From sequence record OM258170: DNA of 47,884 nt, one strand, 5' to 3'. This stretch comes from Escherichia phage ZL19. The number at the start of each line of letters is the position of its first letter. Position 1 is the first letter of the stretch. The notes beneath the pieces are model-generated. The model did not search any database, was not told the DNA's origin, and saw nothing but the letters and a program-made list of their open reading frames with translations. Made by a program: the position numbers and the translations under genes. Below are positions 27,709-35,623 of this stretch, one piece after another.

Positions 27709-28502
27709 GTGATTATGGTGTTGAACTAATAAATGACTATGGTTTAAAGGTTGCTGACGCAGAGGATGTAAATTACGTACTAAGAAGTTCTGGTACATTT
27801 AATGATTCAAATTTCTACTCATATGCAAACTCCACATCTGCAATTAGCCTCATGACCACAGGAATGAATTCGCCTCTTCTATTTCTAAAGATGAACGAAA
27901 GTAGGTCAAGGATAAGCCAGAAGCCTGGAGTTAACAAAATATCACCTGATTTTGTTAACCCAAATACCACAATAACAAAGACAAGCATAGACCTATTCAA
28001 GTGGTGGAACATACCGCTAGGAACTGTAGAGTATTACATATTTGACAAGTGGATCCCGCCAGAAAGAAGTGATTATGGAATGCAGATATTTAATGAATCT
28101 GGTTCTATAATCTTTGATTCTGGCTGGTACTTCCTCAAACTTAGGGATGTGCTATGGCTTGATCCAAGTTATCCAAACCATTCAGATCAGGAAGGTGGTA
28201 GTAACTGGACTAACGTCGGGAATATTGTCAACTCCGCGAACGTATCAAACTCAGCATTATCAATGCCTGTTGGTAGGGGGTGGGTTGAAACATCATTGCA
28301 GGGTGGGTACTACTATAATGAATGCTGTCACCTTGACTCATCCGGTAATCTATTTATATCCATAATACCTACAGGTATATACCTTGATGTTTCACCAACT
28401 GGCGGCTGGGTTGGCAATATGAGGACGCAAGTTATGGTTTGCGACACCTCGAGGCTGCCTCTTAATTACAATCCAGTTGAGATAAGAAAGGAAAACAAAT
28501 AA
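27705..28502 (+). CDS. hypothetical Asn/Ser-rich protein with repeated DYG motif
   Basis: ATGA overlap with upstream paralog; two DYG-x-x-x-x-N-x-x-G segments. Confidence 0.4.
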   Translation: MSDYGVELINDYGLKVADAEDVNYVLRSSGTFNDSNFYSYANSTSAISLMTTGMNSPLLFLKMNESRSRISQKPGVNKISPDFVNPNTTITKTSIDLFKWWNIPLGTVEYYIFDKWIPPERSDYGMQIFNESGSIIFDSGWYFLKLRDVLWLDPSYPNHSDQEGGSNWTNVGNIVNSANVSNSALSMPVGRGWVETSLQGGYYYNECCHLDSSGNLFISIIPTGIYLDVSPTGGWVGNMRTQVMVCDTSRLPLNYNPVEIRKENK

Positions 28503-28504
28503 AA

Positions 28505-28528
28505 ATAAGGCCCTTAATGGGCCTTCTT
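28505..28528. terminator. bidirectional terminator
   Basis: AGGCCC-TTAAT-GGGCCT hairpin between convergent genes. Confidence 0.5.
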
Positions 28529-28699
28529 GTTAAAACAATATCCAGCTGGTAAAACCGAATAAAGATTTTGATTTACCTCTCCATTGCTGTATTCACAACC
28601 TCTAATTGTAACTGAGTAGTCACTGATAAGAACTATAGTTCTTTCACCGCCTGAACAACCAGCTAAAATCATTGCAGTGATAACGATTAATTTTTTCAT
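28514..28699 (-). CDS. small lipoprotein (Cor/Llp-like superinfection-exclusion candidate)
   Basis: Signal peptide with lipobox LAGC, 61 aa, located beside tail fibre genes. Confidence 0.45.
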   Translation of the reverse strand: MKKLIVITAMILAGCSGGERTIVLISDYSVTIRGCEYSNGEVNQNLYSVLPAGYCFNKKAH

Positions 28700-28700
28700 C

Positions 28701-28805
28701 TTAGAACCCTTTAAAGTTGCTAGCCAGCATCAGAAGCCATACGAAGAAACCAGTAGCTGCTACACCGAAGATTGCAGAGATTACGTTAGTAGTTAAGTTA
28801 GTCAT
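28701..28805 (-). CDS. small hydrophobic membrane peptide (34 aa)
   Basis: ATG with AAGGA RBS; stop abuts lipoprotein start; single predicted TM; below track cutoff. Confidence 0.35.
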   Translation of the reverse strand: MTNLTTNVISAIFGVAATGFFVWLLMLASNFKGF

Positions 28806-28826
28806 TTTGTATTCCTTAGTAAGTGT

Positions 28827-28866
28827 GTTTCGTTTCGATGGAAAGATAATACCGCATCCTTGCGAT
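28827..28866 (-). repeat. 40-bp perfect repeat (promoter -10 plus leader), copy A
   Basis: Identical to 46447-46486. Confidence 0.8.
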
Positions 28867-28888
28867 AAGTGTTTAGCAATTAGTGCTA
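28846..28888 (-). promoter_or_regulatory. palindrome-type promoter module (minus strand)
   Basis: Motif TAGCACTAATTGCTA on minus strand, -10 TATTAT 37 bp downstream, leader CCATCGAAACGAAAC. Confidence 0.5.
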
Positions 28889-29158
28889 TTAGTGAATATC
28901 CTCACAGCCAGGAATGGACTTAACATTGTAATGCCGATAAGCGAATATCAAGTTAAGAGCCTGCTCGACCGTGCATTTAAGGGCGCCAGAGATAATAAAT
29001 GAAGACTCAGTGATGTGATTTATTAACTCATTTCTGACAGGGTCGTCATCTGCTAGTAACTCTGCGCGCTTAACAAAAAGAGCGTTGTTTACCAGGATTG
29101 TCACAACCTTTTCATTGAGCTCTTTCTTCGCTTTTGCAATCTCTTTCTCGTAGTTCAT
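28889..29158 (-). CDS. hypothetical protein (89 aa)
   Basis: ORF with AAGGCGG RBS. Confidence 0.4.
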   Translation of the reverse strand: MNYEKEIAKAKKELNEKVVTILVNNALFVKRAELLADDDPVRNELINHITESSFIISGALKCTVEQALNLIFAYRHYNVKSIPGCEDIH

Positions 29159-29300
29159 CTTATACCGCCTTGTTTTCGATTTGCATTACGCTATTAACTG
29201 ACATCATAACATTCCGATTCTGCTGCTGAGTAGTGGTTACTACATGCTGCATTTTATTGCAGTCACTTTAAATGACCACATCTTATTGTGGTCATTAGTG

Positions 29301-29948
29301 CTACTTATCTTTAAGTAGCAACTTGATATCAATTCCTAGATTATTCTCAATCAATCCAGTCAGTGCACCTACCTTTTCCTTAAGCGCGAAGCATTGCGAT
29401 TCATACTTAAATCTTTCCTCCATCTCATCAGAACGACTAACCCAACACTGGCGAGCCTCACAAGCCAACATGTCGAGTTTTTCATCGGTATTCTTATCCA
29501 TGAGTAAGATCTCATTTATCCTTTGCTCTGCAACAATGCGCTGACTCAGGTGTGCATTTTGCGCATTAGCCACACCAAGCATCATGCGCGCTTCTTTTAA
29601 CTCATCAATGCTTACCATCTTACTGATTACTTCTTCTTGTTTTTTGACTAACGCCTCAAGTTCATGAAGTCGACGGATAACCCTGTGACGAAGAACGACG
29701 CTATAGCCAGTTATTAGCGTTTCTGTAAGTTCCTTGTTAAGTAAAATCTCTGATGTATAGCCGCGATTGTCCGTAAGTACTTGATAATCATCATGACCCA
29801 AATCTGGGGCATCGTTATAATGTAACAATTCATTGATCATTTCCTTTGTGTCGCGAACGACGTGATCATGACGCTTACCTGTCAATTCAGCAATTTCCTT
29901 CGTGCTCATCATGGTTTTTGGCTGTTCTTTGTACGCCTCAATGTTCAT
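29301..29948 (-). CDS. Rha-family regulatory protein with coiled-coil C-terminus
   Basis: MSTKEIAELTGKRHDHVVRDTKEMI matches Rha pattern; track ORF trimmed to ATG with AAGAGAGA RBS. Confidence 0.55.
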   Translation of the reverse strand: MNIEAYKEQPKTMMSTKEIAELTGKRHDHVVRDTKEMINELLHYNDAPDLGHDDYQVLTDNRGYTSEILLNKELTETLITGYSVVLRHRVIRRLHELEALVKKQEEVISKMVSIDELKEARMMLGVANAQNAHLSQRIVAEQRINEILLMDKNTDEKLDMLACEARQCWVSRSDEMEERFKYESQCFALKEKVGALTGLIENNLGIDIKLLLKDK

Positions 29949-30052
29949 TTTAGTCTCTCTTATGTTTTTCATGTCTCAGATTTTAGCCATCGTTTGGTTT
30001 TGGTCTATCGATTTTCGGTAGACCAAGCAGCACCATTGCCGCCATGCGCCTA

Positions 30053-30095
30053 AATATACCCAAAGATAGCTAGTTGTCTTTAGCAATTGGTGCTA
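30053..30095 (-). promoter_or_regulatory. palindrome-type promoter module (minus strand) for Rha gene
   Basis: Motif TAGCACCAATTGCTA on minus strand, -10 TATATT at 30053-30058. Confidence 0.5.
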
Positions 30096-30122
30096 TTTAT
30101 CGCCAATTCCACCATAAATCAC

Positions 30123-30215
30123 AGTTACACGTAACCGATGTAACTCGATGTATACAATCTCATCCGCGGAAAATGATATACGCACTGTTACGCCAATTTA
30201 CGCATTAGTTACATT
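30123..30215. repeat. GTTAC(A/G)C iteron-like repeats including palindrome GTTACACGTAAC
   Basis: Several GTTACGC/TTTACGC/GTTACAT copies in non-coding DNA. Confidence 0.5.
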
Positions 30216-30220
30216 AAAAT

Positions 30221-30270
30221 ATCTATATATATCAACCTTTTACTCTTATTATTATTATTATATATATTAC
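30221..30270. repeat. (TA)n and (ATT)n microsatellite, AT-rich
   Basis: ATCTATATATAT and 5x ATT then TATATAT. Confidence 0.8.
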
Positions 30271-30409
30271 TGTGTATATCATGTAACTACTTCTATAGAG
30301 TGTTTCGGTTATAATTTTAATATAATGTGGATTTATACAGTATTGCGTGGCAGCTATACCAATGCACCCCGCAAGGAATGGTATACACGATATACACACT
30401 GGTTACATT

Positions 30410-30434
30410 GAGCTATAGCTGGGCTGAGATGCCA
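30410..30434. repeat. conserved 25-bp box with AGCTATAGCT palindrome (copy 2)
   Basis: GAGCTATAGCTGGGCTGAGATGCCA, 24/25 identical to 285-309. Confidence 0.8.
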
Positions 30435-30514
30435 AAAAACGTAACTAGCGGCAATACCTACACGGAATTACAAAGATTCACGCGTAAGTCTGAATCAACG
30501 ATTGGCAAAACCAA

Positions 30515-30544
30515 TTGGACTGGCTACGGTGCCGAATATATAGT
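30515..30544 (+). promoter_or_regulatory. sigma70-like promoter TTGGAC-18-TATAGT
   Basis: Followed by TACCACATCGAAAG leader and RBS of gene 30582. Confidence 0.5.
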
Positions 30545-30581
30545 TACCACATCGAAAGCAAACAACCAGAGAGATAAATAA

Positions 30582-30776
30582 ATGACCTACTACATTATCA
30601 AAGAGAAAAACAACGCACTGTTCGGTGATTGCTACTTTGGTGGGCCGGCCGGATACACCACAGATAAGAGTGAAGCTGACAGATTCGAAACTAAAGAAGA
30701 AGCCCGAGATGTGCTGACCGGTTACTTCACTGAAGAAGATTTGAAGTCTGTTAAAGTAGTTAAGGTTAAGGAATAA
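30582..30776 (+). CDS. hypothetical protein (64 aa)
   Basis: ORF with GAGAGA RBS, first gene of recombination module. Confidence 0.45.
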   Translation: MTYYIIKEKNNALFGDCYFGGPAGYTTDKSEADRFETKEEARDVLTGYFTEEDLKSVKVVKVKE

Positions 30777-30779
30777 ATT

Positions 30780-31745
30780 ATGGGCTTTAAAGTTTACACA
30801 CGAGAAGAGCTATCAAACTGGGAGTACCACGCCGAAACTGAACACATCTCAGGTAGCTCGCTTGTTGAGATTATCCAGGGATCCCCAGCTAAATGGAAGT
30901 TCAAGCAGCGCAATAATGACAGCAAGGCGCTTAAATTCGGAACGCTTAGTCACACGTACATCCTGGAAGGTGACATGTTTGATAAAGAATACCTTCGAGC
31001 TACAGACCTTGACGCGATTGAAGGATTAATTACAAGCCAGACCGGATTATCGGCAGCGCTGAAAAAAGTTGGCGTGGCTGGCACGTCAGGGAAGGGCTAT
31101 AGCGAGCTCGTAGAGATGATGTATCGCTCTGGTGAGGATTGGCCTATTGAATGGCTAATTGAGCAGCAGGAGAGCGCCAGGGCGCTTGTGGAGGGTAAGG
31201 AGCTAGTTAGCGCAGCAGACTACGACAAGGTGGTGGCGATGCGTGAGGTTCTTTGCAACATCCCGGCGTATGATGCAATTGTGAATAGCGAAACGGCGCA
31301 GAAGGAGTTATCAATCTTTGGTGAGATTCTCGGTGTTGGAGTTAAGATTCGAATAGACCACGTTGATGTTGTTGATGGTGCGGTTAAGATCACAGATTTT
31401 AAAACGACCGCCGACGCAAGCCCGGAAGGATTCGGAAAGTCTGCATTCAATCACGGATACCTTGCAAAAATGTCGCTTCAGCGCGATCTGTTTGTGAAGG
31501 CATTCAACGAGAAGCGCAAGGTTGTTGTAGGATTGCTGGCGCAGGAGAAGGTGGAGCCATACTTACCAATGCTGTACACCCTAACTGACGAACAGCTACG
31601 AATCGGCCGTCTTCAGTATCTTGAGGCGCTGGCTACTTATAAGAAGTGCAAGGAGCTAGATATCTGGCCTGGATATTCGAATGGAATTACAGAGCAAGAG
31701 CTAATGATTCCTGAGTGGGCATTAAAACAATACAAAGAAATCTAA
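30780..31745 (+). CDS. PD-(D/E)xK recombination exonuclease (putative)
   Basis: IDHVDVVDGAVKITDFKT D..D-x-K motif; adjacent to ERF and SSB. Confidence 0.6.
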   Translation: MGFKVYTREELSNWEYHAETEHISGSSLVEIIQGSPAKWKFKQRNNDSKALKFGTLSHTYILEGDMFDKEYLRATDLDAIEGLITSQTGLSAALKKVGVAGTSGKGYSELVEMMYRSGEDWPIEWLIEQQESARALVEGKELVSAADYDKVVAMREVLCNIPAYDAIVNSETAQKELSIFGEILGVGVKIRIDHVDVVDGAVKITDFKTTADASPEGFGKSAFNHGYLAKMSLQRDLFVKAFNEKRKVVVGLLAQEKVEPYLPMLYTLTDEQLRIGRLQYLEALATYKKCKELDIWPGYSNGITEQELMIPEWALKQYKEI

Positions 31746-31746
31746 A

Positions 31747-31789
31747 TAGCACGAATTGCTAAAGACAAAATTAAAAGGCGGGGTATGAT
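31747..31789 (+). promoter_or_regulatory. palindrome-type promoter module
   Basis: TAGCACGAATTGCTA 31747-31761, -10 TATGAT 31784-31789, TACCCCATC leader. Confidence 0.55.
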
Positions 31790-31818
31790 TACCCCATCAA
31801 CAACGAACGAGGTTAAAG

Positions 31819-32469
31819 ATGCAAATTTCAGAATCATGCAAATCAATTTTAAACGCTCTACACACTGCAAAATCGCTATTTGCGAAGGCTGAAAAATCAA
31901 AGCAGAACTCACACTTAAAGAACAAGTACGCTACCTTAGAAGACGTACTAGCGGCTGTTGAGCCAGGCCTAGATGAGTGTGGCTTGGTTATGTTCCAGAG
32001 CGTGCTTGATGATGAACAAGCCAACCGTATGAAGGTTGAGACAAAATTGTTTCATGCTGAATCTGGAGAGTGGGTTAGCTTCTTGATGATCGTCCCAATC
32101 AGTAAGAATGATGCACAAGGTTACGGATCAGCATTAACATACGCTCGACGATACGGCATTACAGCAGCTTTAGGTCTTAGTCAGGCAGATGACGATGGTA
32201 ATCTCGCAGCTAAAGGTGTTAAAGACTTTAAGCGAGAACTTGAGAAGTGCAACACTCTTGATGAGCTTCGCAATGTCTGGAAAGATGCTAAGCAGTCACT
32301 CGATGCGGCTGGATGGAAGGTGTTTGAGCCTTACATTATCGAGCGAAAAGCAGAGATTGAGGCAAATGCAGCAACTGGCTTCAACCCAGCAACACCAAAG
32401 AAAGTTGCAGAAAAAAGTAGTACTACTGAAAAGATTGAAGTAGAATCACAACAAATCGACACATTCTAA
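31819..32469 (+). CDS. erf: ERF-family single-strand annealing protein
   Basis: KYATLEDVLAAVEPGL and GSALTYARRYGITAALGL resemble P22 Erf conserved segments. Confidence 0.8.
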   Translation: MQISESCKSILNALHTAKSLFAKAEKSKQNSHLKNKYATLEDVLAAVEPGLDECGLVMFQSVLDDEQANRMKVETKLFHAESGEWVSFLMIVPISKNDAQGYGSALTYARRYGITAALGLSQADDDGNLAAKGVKDFKRELEKCNTLDELRNVWKDAKQSLDAAGWKVFEPYIIERKAEIEANAATGFNPATPKKVAEKSSTTEKIEVESQQIDTF

Positions 32470-32512
32470 ATTAAGCGGGGATTCGTCCCCAACAAAACAG
32501 AGAGAGATAACA

Positions 32513-32932
32513 ATGCACGTAATTACTGGTCAGATTCGCAAAGCACCATTCACCAAAGAAGGCAGCAACAACAACGGACGTTGGAAAATGTACGCAGTAG
32601 AACTTTCTGAACGAATGAAGATTCGAAATCAGAATGGCGAGGATGAGACTGTTTACAGTAACTACCGCGCTACGTTCTTCGCAAAGGAAAATGTCATGGC
32701 ATGGTATGACGAAGCGTTCCAGGAAGGTAAGGTGGTCTCTATTTCGTCAGATACGTTACACATTACGGCGCGTGATCATAACGGAACTACATACACAACA
32801 GCGGAGCTTATCCGCCCTCAGTTGCAATTCAGCCAGCGCGAGCCAGCACAACAGCAGCCTCAGCAACAACAGCAGCAACCTCAGCGGTCACCGCAGCAGC
32901 AAAAACAATTCGATGACGACATTCCATTCTAA
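32513..32932 (+). CDS. ssb: single-stranded DNA-binding protein
   Basis: C-terminal acidic tail DDDIPF after Gln/Pro-rich linker. Confidence 0.75.
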   Translation: MHVITGQIRKAPFTKEGSNNNGRWKMYAVELSERMKIRNQNGEDETVYSNYRATFFAKENVMAWYDEAFQEGKVVSISSDTLHITARDHNGTTYTTAELIRPQLQFSQREPAQQQPQQQQQQPQRSPQQQKQFDDDIPF

Positions 32933-32944
32933 TGATAAAACTAA

Positions 32945-32970
32945 CCCCGCCTCCGCGGGGTTTTTGTTTT
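32945..32970. terminator. bidirectional terminator
   Basis: CCCCGC-CTCC-GCGGGG hairpin plus T-run, between convergent SSB and tailspike genes. Confidence 0.65.
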
Positions 32971-35533
32971 ATATTGGATAATTAGATACCTTGATGTCAG
33001 AAAAAATTGTTGTTCCGGTAAGCGCAGAATCAGCGTCAGATGCAGCTGCCGGAGCTAAAAGTATTTCAACCGCAGCACAATTCGCATTAGTCACTGCATA
33101 TATAAGAGACTTCAATTCCCATGACGAGTTAGGAACTAAAGGTCTGTAAGTATTAACCAGTGCAGCTCCAGATGAATCAAGTTCTCTGAATATCACAGAG
33201 GCGACACTCGAACTACCACGTAGAACATACAAATCAAGATAAACCCAACCTTTTGTCGACGCAAGAATTGTAGCAACACTAAGAGACTGAATGCTGGCCC
33301 TATTTTCGTCGCCCAATGTAAACGCATATCCGGTTCCCAGGGGCCACGAAGCGCTATCGGTTTTTTTTGGAGCAGTGCTTGTGACATTTTTTAACAGTCT
33401 GTCGTAATTTAAGTAATTTGGTTTTACTACAGAGTATGGTTTGTTCCCATGGTATGTTATTGAACTGCTAGATACCTTTGTTTTACCGTTATTATTATTG
33501 ACAACGCCTGATAATGTTACATTGTGGCCTGTATCGACATTGAGGTCATAGGAGTTGTCGTACGACATAGCGGAACCTTGCGTGTTATCGGTAGGTACTA
33601 TCTCAGCGAGCGTAGTACCGTCTATTCTACCGCGAACCAGTTCCCATGACACCGCCGCGCCGTTGCAAAACTTAGCCCACACACCATCAACAGTGCAATG
33701 TGATGTATTTGCTAACCTAATGGCACTGTTGTTAACTCGTTCAATACTCGCTGAAAGGATATTTATATAGAGACTTTGATGGTAATTAGTTTCGCTTGGA
33801 TACTTATAATCCGTCACGAAAAGACCTGCTTGACCTGCCCGTGAAGCAGGTGACGCACTGTATCGGAAGCCCTCAATTGTTATATGCTCTCCCTGTACTT
33901 CCAGGTAGTTCTTTGTGGTCTGGGATGCCCCCGTCTGTACACCTTCGTTTGAAGAAGTGAATACCCCATAGCTAGAACCATCAGTACTATGGTGGCAGTC
34001 ATTCATATCGTATGTTTGACACCCATCAATAATCCAATGCTCACAACCACGCTTAAGATCTGCCAGGGTTCGGTGGCCATTGGCCGTACTATTACGACAT
34101 ACAATATTTTTAATTGTGTACGTTCCGTAAGGCCCTGGCGCGTCAATAGTTCCATTCATGCATTTGAATGCGTTGAATCCAATCGCAGTAACTGTTGGGT
34201 CTGTACCCTCAGACGAGCAGTTAATATAGCGTATACCGTCAATCTTCCCACCACCTGTGGTATAGCCTTCCCACGCCTCATGAGGGCAATTTTTAAAGTG
34301 ACAACCGTTAGCCTCTATATCACGGATAATATTACCGACACCGTCACTGTGCCAGCAAAAAGCGCGAATCAGGTTTTCGGATGGAGTTGAATACCCACCC
34401 TGATACTGACCGTCAAATCCGATATTCTCCAGGCGCGCGAAGGTTAGCCCCGTGGCTGGGTTCTTTCTGGAAAACCAGGCATACACACTACCATAGTTAC
34501 CAGAATACGCAGCACCTAATGCAGTTCTCGTCAGGGTTAATGGTTTGATTGTAGTGTTGAACCTTCCGTTGGATTTCCAGTGGAAAAAATCTCCAACTCT
34601 GACCATGCCAGAGAAAACAACCTCTTCAATGCCACTAAAATCTATTGGTAAGCGAAGTGACTCTGATAGATCCTGTATCTCTTGGATTATAGAAGAACAA
34701 TCAACCCCGCTAACAACACCGTATAGTTTTGCTGAAATCACGCCAGAAGAGGATGCGAAATTCCCTATGTGTAACGCTCCTTTTTCAGATGCAAGCTCAC
34801 TTCTCAAAGCAGCATCGCCAACACTAACCCACGCCCCTAATTCAATCCCACCAGTGCTATCTGGGGTTGAACCACCTGGAAACATCTTTGGCAATGATCC
34901 AGTCCATATATAAGACTTAACATCGCTTCCATTGACGTATAAAACCTGCTGATTTTTAGACTCTAGCGTTCCTCCATCTGAGAAGTTTAAAGTTAATGAC
35001 CCAGACACAGAATTTGCCGCTGCCTCTGCTCTATCGGCGGCAGATGATGCATTGGTAGCGTTAATTTGTGATGATGATACATCATTTGAAACCTGTGTTG
35101 CATCACTTGAAACCTGCGCACCAATAGAAACAACATCACCATGCTGAGTGTTTACCTGAGCTACCTTCGATTCAAAATCCGCAGAGTCAAAGTTGTTAAA
35201 AGCATCAACGGCATCTGCAACTTCTGTTTCTCGAGACTGATAATATCGAAGCGTTTCAGCAACATCCTGAGCCAAACCCTGAACGGTAATCCCATCGTGT
35301 GCAAGAATCGCGTAACCAGTTCCGGCAGGAACAGTTTCAGAATTAGGATTATAAACATTAACCTGAGTGTCGCTGATAATTTCTGAGATAGTGTAAATCT
35401 GTACTGGTTCAGTTTTGAAAACAATGGTAGCACCAATGCGAATCAGTGTAAGCGGCGCTTTCCATGTCGTTCCTACGCCAGTTACCTCGCCATTCGCGGC
35501 TAGCGATGCTGTTCCTAAGTCATAAATTGCCAT
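32969..35533 (-). CDS. tail fibre / tailspike protein (depolymerase-type, putative)
   Basis: ~854 aa from ATG 35533 (GGAGA RBS); Gly/Asn/Ser-rich central region; track ORF starts at upstream GTG. Confidence 0.65.
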   Translation of the reverse strand: MAIYDLGTASLAANGEVTGVGTTWKAPLTLIRIGATIVFKTEPVQIYTISEIISDTQVNVYNPNSETVPAGTGYAILAHDGITVQGLAQDVAETLRYYQSRETEVADAVDAFNNFDSADFESKVAQVNTQHGDVVSIGAQVSSDATQVSNDVSSSQINATNASSAADRAEAAANSVSGSLTLNFSDGGTLESKNQQVLYVNGSDVKSYIWTGSLPKMFPGGSTPDSTGGIELGAWVSVGDAALRSELASEKGALHIGNFASSSGVISAKLYGVVSGVDCSSIIQEIQDLSESLRLPIDFSGIEEVVFSGMVRVGDFFHWKSNGRFNTTIKPLTLTRTALGAAYSGNYGSVYAWFSRKNPATGLTFARLENIGFDGQYQGGYSTPSENLIRAFCWHSDGVGNIIRDIEANGCHFKNCPHEAWEGYTTGGGKIDGIRYINCSSEGTDPTVTAIGFNAFKCMNGTIDAPGPYGTYTIKNIVCRNSTANGHRTLADLKRGCEHWIIDGCQTYDMNDCHHSTDGSSYGVFTSSNEGVQTGASQTTKNYLEVQGEHITIEGFRYSASPASRAGQAGLFVTDYKYPSETNYHQSLYINILSASIERVNNSAIRLANTSHCTVDGVWAKFCNGAAVSWELVRGRIDGTTLAEIVPTDNTQGSAMSYDNSYDLNVDTGHNVTLSGVVNNNNGKTKVSSSSITYHGNKPYSVVKPNYLNYDRLLKNVTSTAPKKTDSASWPLGTGYAFTLGDENRASIQSLSVATILASTKGWVYLDLYVLRGSSSVASVIFRELDSSGAALVNTYRPLVPNSSWELKSLIYAVTNANCAAVEILLAPAAASDADSALTGTTIFSDIKVSNYPI

Positions 35534-35557
35534 TGTGTAAAGTCTCCATATGTAAAA

Positions 35558-35602
35558 TAGCACGAATTGCTAAAGTGGATTGTAGCATCTTTCAGGTATA
35601 AA
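35558..35602 (+). promoter_or_regulatory. palindrome-type module in plus orientation, function ambiguous
   Basis: TAGCACGAATTGCTA 35558-35572 with TATAAA at 35597-35602; no plus-strand gene downstream; 25 nt upstream of tailspike ATG on minus strand. Confidence 0.35.
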
Positions 35603-35623
35603 AAAAACCTCCCGAAGGAGGTT
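35598..35623 (-). terminator. intrinsic terminator of primase gene
   Basis: AACCTCC-CGAA-GGAGGTT hairpin followed by T8 on minus strand. Confidence 0.65.

Noticed and set aside
32470-32512. GC hairpin between ERF and SSB
   Set aside because: No T-tract; the SSB RBS follows directly, so more likely an mRNA structural element than a terminator.
33193-35436. Plus-strand and antisense track ORFs inside the tailspike gene
   Set aside because: Embedded in the long minus-strand tailspike frame with no independent start signals.
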